A stretch of DNA of 64,000 nucleotides from Burkholderiaceae bacterium (GTDB taxonomy: Bacteria > Pseudomonadota > Gammaproteobacteria > Burkholderiales > Burkholderiaceae_C), in assembly GCA_040079635.1 (NCBI GenBank), contig JBEBJY010000003.1, positions 34,566 to 98,565 on the forward strand. Reading direction: 5' to 3'. Under the pieces are notes generated by a model. It was given only the letters and a program-made list of their open reading frames with translations. It made no database searches and was not told the DNA's origin. Within the stretch, counting starts at the first letter, position 1, and every line of letters begins with the position of its first letter. A program made the position numbers and the translations under genes. This document shows positions 58,866 to 64,000 of the stretch, in pieces.

Positions 58866-59345
58866 TTAATGATTCCACTTGGCCAGCGCCGCATCATCAC
58901 TCGCCCTAGCATCAACCCAACGTGCGGCAGTAGCGGCATTTGGGGTCTGCTCTTTCTTCCAGAACGGGGCCTGGGTTTTGAGGTAATCCATGACAAATTC
59001 GCAGGCTTTGAAAGACTCACCACGATGTGCTGAAGTCACCGCAACCATGACGATTTGATCCAACGGCTGCAATTTACCGACGCGGTGGATGACGCGCACG
59101 GCGTAGATGTCAAACCGGTCAAAAGCCGCATCAATCGTCGCCTCGATCGACTTTTCGGTCATGCCAGGATAGTGTTCCAGCTCCAACTCGCTCACCGAAT
59201 CACCATCGTTGATGTCGCGCACCGTGCCGACGAAAGTGCAAACTGCGCCTACGCGTTTATCCGAAGCTCGTAGTTTCGCAACTTCAGCACTGATCTCGAA
59301 ATCTTCTGATTGAACCGCAACACGTGATTGAGCAGGACTTTGCAT
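58866..59345 (-). CDS. moaE: Molybdopterin synthase catalytic subunit MoaE
   Basis: Motifs VGAVCTFVGTVRD..., LELEHYPGM and WKKE. I chose the start at MQSPAQ (59345), 8 nt after the moaD stop; the ORF track extends to 59393. Confidence 0.85.
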   Translation of the reverse strand: MQSPAQSRVAVQSEDFEISAEVAKLRASDKRVGAVCTFVGTVRDINDGDSVSELELEHYPGMTEKSIEATIDAAFDRFDIYAVRVIHRVGKLQPLDQIVMVAVTSAHRGESFKACEFVMDYLKTQAPFWKKEQTPNAATAARWVDARASDDAALAKWNH

Positions 59346-59353
59346 GTTTCGCC

Positions 59354-59614
59354 CTAACCACCCGTCACCGGTGGGAAAAAAGCAACCTCGCATCCTTCAA
59401 GCAAAACCGCAGAATCATCGCTCATGTCTTGATTCAAAGCCATACGCAGAGTTCGTCCTTTGAAAGCGGCGTCCAAACTTTCTGCGTACGCCCCGCCACG
59501 TGCGACCAGTTCGCCACGTAACTGCCCCAGCGTCTCCGCTTTGGTTTGCAGCACCTCGGAACCTTGTCCGATTGACTCGCGGATGGAGGCGAAGTATTTG
59601 ACAGTAACTTTCAT
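59354..59614 (-). CDS. moaD: Molybdopterin synthase sulfur-carrier subunit MoaD
   Basis: 86 aa from MKVTVKYFASIRE..., ending in the diagnostic ...FFPPVTGG. Confidence 0.85.
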   Translation of the reverse strand: MKVTVKYFASIRESIGQGSEVLQTKAETLGQLRGELVARGGAYAESLDAAFKGRTLRMALNQDMSDDSAVLLEGCEVAFFPPVTGG

Positions 59615-59621
59615 GACGGTT

Positions 59622-60923
59622 TTAAGATAAGAGTTCAGCAAATGACACAAACTGAACCATATCACCAATGGCAATGGTCTGCCCGGGCGGGTTATTGACC
59701 AAGCCATCTCCCCACACGGCAGAAGTTAGTACGCCAGAGCTTTGATTTGGGAACAAGTCCAAACTACCGTTAGCATTGCGTTTAACACGCAAAAATTCAC
59801 GACGTTTATCGGCTCTAGCCCACGTAAAATTTGCCTGAACAGCTATTGATTTAGTAGTGATTTGATCAACTTCTTGAACGCCCTGCAATTTCAACAAAAA
59901 CGGACGAACCAAGAGTAAAAACGTCACAAAACTGGAGACTGGGTTGCCTGGCAAACCTATGAAATGACAGGAGGCGTCCATGTTTTTGACCTTGCCATAT
60001 GCAAACGGCTTGCCCGGTTTGATGGCGATTTGCCACAAATTCAGCTCGCCCAGCGCCTGCACAGCGGGTTTGATGTGGTCTTCTTCACCGACAGAGACGC
60101 CACCGCTGGTCAAAATCAGGTCATGCCCTTCGGCGGCGCTGCTCAATGCGGCTTTGGTTGCATCCAAATTGTCGGGCACGATGCCCATATCGGTCACCAC
60201 GCAACCCAAGCGCTGCAGCAAAGCGCGTAAAAAGAAACGGTTGGAGTTGTAAATGCTACCTGAGGGCATGTCTTGCGGAGCAATGTCGCCCGGCATGACT
60301 AGTTCGTCACCCGTAGAAAACAGCGCGACTTTAGGACGACGTACCACTGGCACGCTAGCCAAACCAATACTAGCCGCTAGCCCAAGCGATGCAGGCGTGA
60401 GACGCTCTCCCTTTTGCAGCACAACTGCACCCAAAGCTACGTCTTCACCAGCACGGCGAATCCATTGGCCCGAGGTGGGAACGACATTGACGCGAATTTG
60501 GCTCAGACCGCTGTTGCCGGTATTTGTATCGGGCAGGATTTCGCACTCCTCCTGCATCACCACCGCATCAGCTCCGGCTGGAATTGACGCACCCGTAAAG
60601 ATACGAGCAGCCGTACCAGCTTGCAAAGCCGTACCGACACTGCCAGCGGGGATGCGCTGGCTGACGCTGAGCACCGTTCCCGCTAAACCCGAGATATTTG
60701 CGACATCTTCACAACGCAAGGCGTAACCGTCCATAGCACTGTTGTCTTGGGGTGGCACATGCAAGCTGGAGTGCATGTCTTGCGCCAAAACGCGGCCATC
60801 GGCGTCGAAAGTGGAGACTTCATCAACGCCGTCTATCGTTGAAACCTGCGCAAGCAGCTCCACCAAGGCAACATCAAGAGCTTTCAGCGGGGCGCGTACA
60901 GGATTCATGGCAGGTTTCGTCAA
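59622..60923 (-). CDS. moeA: Molybdopterin molybdenumtransferase MoeA
   Basis: 433 aa with PPQDNSAMDGYALR, STGDEL and SGGVSVGEEDH motifs. Confidence 0.9.
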   Translation of the reverse strand: MTKPAMNPVRAPLKALDVALVELLAQVSTIDGVDEVSTFDADGRVLAQDMHSSLHVPPQDNSAMDGYALRCEDVANISGLAGTVLSVSQRIPAGSVGTALQAGTAARIFTGASIPAGADAVVMQEECEILPDTNTGNSGLSQIRVNVVPTSGQWIRRAGEDVALGAVVLQKGERLTPASLGLAASIGLASVPVVRRPKVALFSTGDELVMPGDIAPQDMPSGSIYNSNRFFLRALLQRLGCVVTDMGIVPDNLDATKAALSSAAEGHDLILTSGGVSVGEEDHIKPAVQALGELNLWQIAIKPGKPFAYGKVKNMDASCHFIGLPGNPVSSFVTFLLLVRPFLLKLQGVQEVDQITTKSIAVQANFTWARADKRREFLRVKRNANGSLDLFPNQSSGVLTSAVWGDGLVNNPPGQTIAIGDMVQFVSFAELLS

Positions 60924-60927
60924 TTCA

Positions 60928-60979
60928 ATTTACTATGATTTTTATAGCTACTTAGGCAATTAATACGCCGGCTAGAGGC
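60928..60979 (+). repeat. Dispersed 50-bp element, intergenic between thrC and moeA
   Basis: atttactatgatttttatagctacttaggcaattaatacgccggctagaggc. Confidence 0.9.
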
Positions 60980-61012
60980 ATAAATGACCACATTTTTGAA
61001 TCAATATGGCTT

Positions 61013-62455
61013 TTAAGCGCATTTTTCGACGATAAACGCCTTCAACAACGCCACATCCGCCGGCATGTTGACCACGCGCTTGGGCAAAGCTTCAATACCT
61101 TCAAACTTGGCTGGACGATCGGGCTCTACGCCTAAGGCTTCAACAATCGTTGCTGCAAACTTGATGGGCAGCGCTGTTTCCAAAACGATCATCGCCACAC
61201 CTGCTTTGACTTGACCCGCTTTGATAACATCATGCGCAACTTTAAGTCCGTCAGCCGTGTGGGTATCGATCATCAAAGCATGGTCTTTGAAAGTACTGCG
61301 GATGGTGTTCAAGCGGTCGCTGTGCGTGCTTTTGCCGCTTAAAAAGCCATATTTGGTGGCAGCTTCTATAAATGCAGGGTCTTGGCTCAAGTCAAATTGA
61401 CCTGATTTAGCCAGTTGCGTCGTGAACAAATCCTTGGTCTTCGCCCCATCGCGCCCGAGCAAATCAAACACAAAGCGCTCAAAGTTGGACGCTTTGGAGA
61501 TGTCCATGGACGGGCTGGAAGTTTCGTGCGTATCAGCCGTGCCGCGCACGCGGTAGATACCCGTGCGGAAAAACTCGTCCAACACGTCGTTTTCATTGGT
61601 AGCGACGACCAGTTTTTCAATCGGCAAACCCATCATCCGCGCGACATGGCCAGCGCAAACGTTGCCAAAATTACCGCTAGGCACGGTAAAGTTGACCTTT
61701 GATGAGTTCGACCCCGTCGCTTGAAAGTAACCCGCAAAGTAATACACCACTTGCGCCAGCAAACGCGCCCAGTTGATGCTGTTGACCGTGCCGATCTTGT
61801 ATTTTTTCTTGAACTCCAAGTCGTTCGACACCGCTTTGACCATATCCTGGCAGTCGTCAAATACACCTTCAATGGCGATGTTGTGGATGTTCTCGTCCAT
61901 CAGGCTGAACATCTGTGCCTGCTGAAAGGCGCTCATGCGGCCTTGCGGGCTGGTCATGAAGACGCGTACCCCGCGTTTGCCGCGCATGGCGTATTCGGCC
62001 GCGCTGCCGGTGTCGCCACTGGTCGCACCAAAAATATTCAAGATCTCGCCACGGCGTGCCAACTCGTATTCAAACAAATTGCCCAGTAACTGCATCGCCA
62101 TGTCCTTGAACGCCAGCGTCGGGCCGTTGGACAAGGCCTCTAAGTACAGCTTGTCGTCCAACTCTTTCAGCGGGACGATTTCCTTGGTGCCAAACACCTC
62201 TTTGGTGTAGGTTTTTCGGCAAAGTGCCTGTAAATCAGCGGCAGGAATGTCGTCAATGTAGAGCGACAAAATCGCAAATGCCAAGTCTGCGTAGCCGTGC
62301 TTGTCGTAGATATCGCGCAGTTTGCTCAAGGCAATGTCGTTGATTTGCGGATAGTTTTGCGGCAAATACAAACCGCCATCGGGCGCTAAACCTTCAAGCA
62401 GGATTTCGCAGAATTTTCTTGGCGTAGCGTCGCCACGAGTAGACAAGTAATTCAT
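61013..62455 (-). CDS. thrC: Threonine synthase
   Basis: 480 aa with MNYLSTRG..., GPTLAFKD (PLP lysine) and ATSGDTGSAA. Confidence 0.95.
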   Translation of the reverse strand: MNYLSTRGDATPRKFCEILLEGLAPDGGLYLPQNYPQINDIALSKLRDIYDKHGYADLAFAILSLYIDDIPAADLQALCRKTYTKEVFGTKEIVPLKELDDKLYLEALSNGPTLAFKDMAMQLLGNLFEYELARRGEILNIFGATSGDTGSAAEYAMRGKRGVRVFMTSPQGRMSAFQQAQMFSLMDENIHNIAIEGVFDDCQDMVKAVSNDLEFKKKYKIGTVNSINWARLLAQVVYYFAGYFQATGSNSSKVNFTVPSGNFGNVCAGHVARMMGLPIEKLVVATNENDVLDEFFRTGIYRVRGTADTHETSSPSMDISKASNFERFVFDLLGRDGAKTKDLFTTQLAKSGQFDLSQDPAFIEAATKYGFLSGKSTHSDRLNTIRSTFKDHALMIDTHTADGLKVAHDVIKAGQVKAGVAMIVLETALPIKFAATIVEALGVEPDRPAKFEGIEALPKRVVNMPADVALLKAFIVEKCA

Positions 62456-63790
62456 TTACGCCAATTCCTCTTTGCGGATGCGTGTGATTGGCGCTAACAC
62501 GCTGCTCAAAGCCTGCATTTGCACCAAAGCCGAATCCATCTTTGACTCGACACAGTCGTGGGTCAAAATAATCACGTCGGTCTGGGTGGAGCCTTCGCCA
62601 CCGACCTCGTCCGCTTCGCGCTGCAGCACAGCGTCGATACTGATGCCAGCAGTCGCCAAAATGCCTGTGACTTTCGCCAACACGCCAGCTTCATCCGCCA
62701 CGCGAAGGCGCAGGTAATAGCTGGTGACGATGTCGCTCATAGGCACAATTTGCAAGTCGCTCATCGCATCGGGCTGGAAGGCCAAATGCGGCACGCGGTG
62801 GGCAGGGTCGGCGGTGTGTAGGCGGGTGATGTCGACCAAATCGGCAATCACAGCGCTGGCGGTTGGCTCTGAGCCTGCACCTTTGCCGTAGTACAGTGTG
62901 GTGCCGACGGCGTCGCCATGCGCCATGACGGCGTTCATCGCACCTTCGACATTGGCAATCAGGCGCTTGTTTGGCACCAAACTTGGGTGAACGCGCAACT
63001 CTACGCCTTCTTTTCCGTTGACAGTGACACGCTTAGTGATGCCCAACAACTTGATGCGGTAGCCCAATTGCTCGGCGTATTTGATGTCTTGCGCGGCTAG
63101 TTTGGAGATGCCTTCAACGTAGGCTTTGTCAAATTGGACGGGGATACCGAATGCGATGGCGGACATCAACGTCACTTTATGGGCTGCATCGACACCTTCA
63201 ATGTCAAACGTCGGGTCGGCTTCGGCATAACCCAGCGCTTGCGCGTCTTTCAAGGCAGCGGCGAAGTCCAGACCTTTGTCGCGCATTTCGGACAAGATGA
63301 AGTTGGTCGTGCCGTTGATGATGCCGGCAATCCATTGGATGCGGTTGGCGGTTAAACCTTCGCGCAGGGATTTGATGATAGGGATGCCGCCCGCGACAGC
63401 CGCTTCAAACGCGACCATCACGCCCTTGGCTTGGGCGGCTGCGAAGATTTCAGTACCATGCACAGCCAGCAAAGCTTTGTTCGCCGTGACCACATGTTTA
63501 CCTGCGGCAATGGCTTCCATCACCAGCTGCTTGGCGATGCCGTAGCCGCCAATGAGTTCAATCACGATGTCGATATCTGGGTTGGCGATGATGGCGCGGG
63601 CGTCGTTGACGACTTTCACATTTGCGCCAACAACGGCTTGAGCGCGGGCCGTATCAAGGTCTGCCACCATGGTGATTTCAATACCACGACCAGCACGGCG
63701 TTGGATTTCGTTTTGGTTGCGATTGAGAACGTTAAACACGCCGCTGCCGACGGTGCCGATGCCTAAGAGGCCAACTTGGATAGGTTTCAT
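62456..63790 (-). CDS. hom: Homoserine dehydrogenase
   Basis: 444 aa with GLLGIGTVGSG, VVTANKAL and a C-terminal ACT domain. Its stop directly abuts the thrC start. Confidence 0.95.
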   Translation of the reverse strand: MKPIQVGLLGIGTVGSGVFNVLNRNQNEIQRRAGRGIEITMVADLDTARAQAVVGANVKVVNDARAIIANPDIDIVIELIGGYGIAKQLVMEAIAAGKHVVTANKALLAVHGTEIFAAAQAKGVMVAFEAAVAGGIPIIKSLREGLTANRIQWIAGIINGTTNFILSEMRDKGLDFAAALKDAQALGYAEADPTFDIEGVDAAHKVTLMSAIAFGIPVQFDKAYVEGISKLAAQDIKYAEQLGYRIKLLGITKRVTVNGKEGVELRVHPSLVPNKRLIANVEGAMNAVMAHGDAVGTTLYYGKGAGSEPTASAVIADLVDITRLHTADPAHRVPHLAFQPDAMSDLQIVPMSDIVTSYYLRLRVADEAGVLAKVTGILATAGISIDAVLQREADEVGGEGSTQTDVIILTHDCVESKMDSALVQMQALSSVLAPITRIRKEELA

Positions 63791-63828
63791 ATAAATGTCA
63801 AAAAATCACTAAAAATAACAGGTAAAAT

Positions 63829-63877
63829 GGCTGTAGCCGGCGTATTAATTGCCTGTACCGCTACGTTTTCTATAGCC
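63829..63877 (-). repeat. Dispersed 50-bp element overlapping the 3' end and stop codon of the upstream aminotransferase gene
   Basis: ggctgtagccggcgtattaattgcctgtaccgctacgttttctatagcc. The minus-strand reading is ...GYRKRSGTGN-TAA. Confidence 0.9.
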
Positions 63878-64000
63878 TTCCAAGAACTTGGCAATGCGGT
63901 CAATCGCTTCGCGCAAATCGTCTTCATGCGGCAAAAAGACGATGCGGAAGTGGTCTGGCGCAGGCCAGTTGAAGCCCGTGCCTTGCACCAGCATCACACG
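63845..64000 (-). CDS. Class I/II PLP-dependent aminotransferase (AlaC-like), C-terminal 51 codons only
   Basis: Reverse translation gives RVMLVQGTGFNWPAPDHFRIVFLPHEDDLREAIDRIAKFLEGYRKRSGTGN*. The GFNW..PDHFRIVFLP block is typical of the aminotransferase found upstream of hom in Burkholderiales. It is not in the ORF track because it is truncated. Confidence 0.6.
   Translation of the reverse strand, partial: RVMLVQGTGFNWPAPDHFRIVFLPHEDDLREAIDRIAKFLEGYRKRSGTGN

Noticed and set aside
63074-63086. A 13-mer, ggcgtatttgatg, inside hom that is identical to the right arm of the 45861 hairpin.
   Set aside because: The flanking sequence does not match the element. It encodes a conserved hom segment (IKYAEQLGY), so I treat it as coincidence.
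2934-63877. The possibility that the recurring 50-bp sequence is a CRISPR array or a tandem repeat.
   Set aside because: The copies are kilobases apart, occur in both orientations and are often inside genes. They have no regular spacing and there are no cas genes.
1-64000. Prophage, integron, IS/transposase, tRNA-linked island or defence-system genes.
   Set aside because: No integrase, transposase, recombinase, phage structural, restriction, Cas or nuclease/helicase-type ORFs were seen in any frame. The only toxin-antitoxin-type module is higBA.

Overview
This looks like a Burkholderiales (Comamonadaceae-like) chromosomal segment. That assignment is an inference from three Bug/TctC-type binding proteins and an aminotransferase-hom-thrC-moeA-moaD-moaE gene order. 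I called about 55 protein-coding genes and found no rRNA, tRNA, CRISPR array, transposase or integrase.

Gene content from left to right:
- An aryl-CoA cluster resembling the aerobic 2-aminobenzoyl-CoA / salicylyl-CoA pathway (RidA, CoA ligase, ACAD, crotonase, MarR, fused FAD-monooxygenase/OYE reductase).
- A five-gene Liv-type ABC importer.
- A hydroxycinnamate-ester-like cluster (MarR, tannase/feruloyl-esterase-family lipoprotein, Bug, Fcs-like CoA ligase, crotonase).
- A threonate/erythronate (tetronate) cluster.
- gcvTHP behind a tandem glycine riboswitch, then rlmB.
- A tpsB-tpsA two-partner secretion pair followed by an L,D-transpeptidase-like gene.
- A split chrA pair, ygiQ, and a higBA toxin-antitoxin pair.
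- Several aromatic-acid catabolic modules, clpB, and moaED-moeA-thrC-hom.

The most unusual signal is a dispersed 45-55 bp element with core AGGCAATAAATACGCCGGCTACAGCC. I found at least 14 copies. Nine sit in frame inside ORFs or form the 3' end of an ORF, including gcvP, gcvT and an ABC ATPase, so unrelated proteins share element-encoded peptides. This resembles the Rickettsia palindromic elements (RPEs). Two near-identical inverted copies bracket a DUF167-higBA module.

All functional calls rest on my reading of the translated ORFs, with no database search. Coordinates of non-coding features may be off by 1-2 nt.
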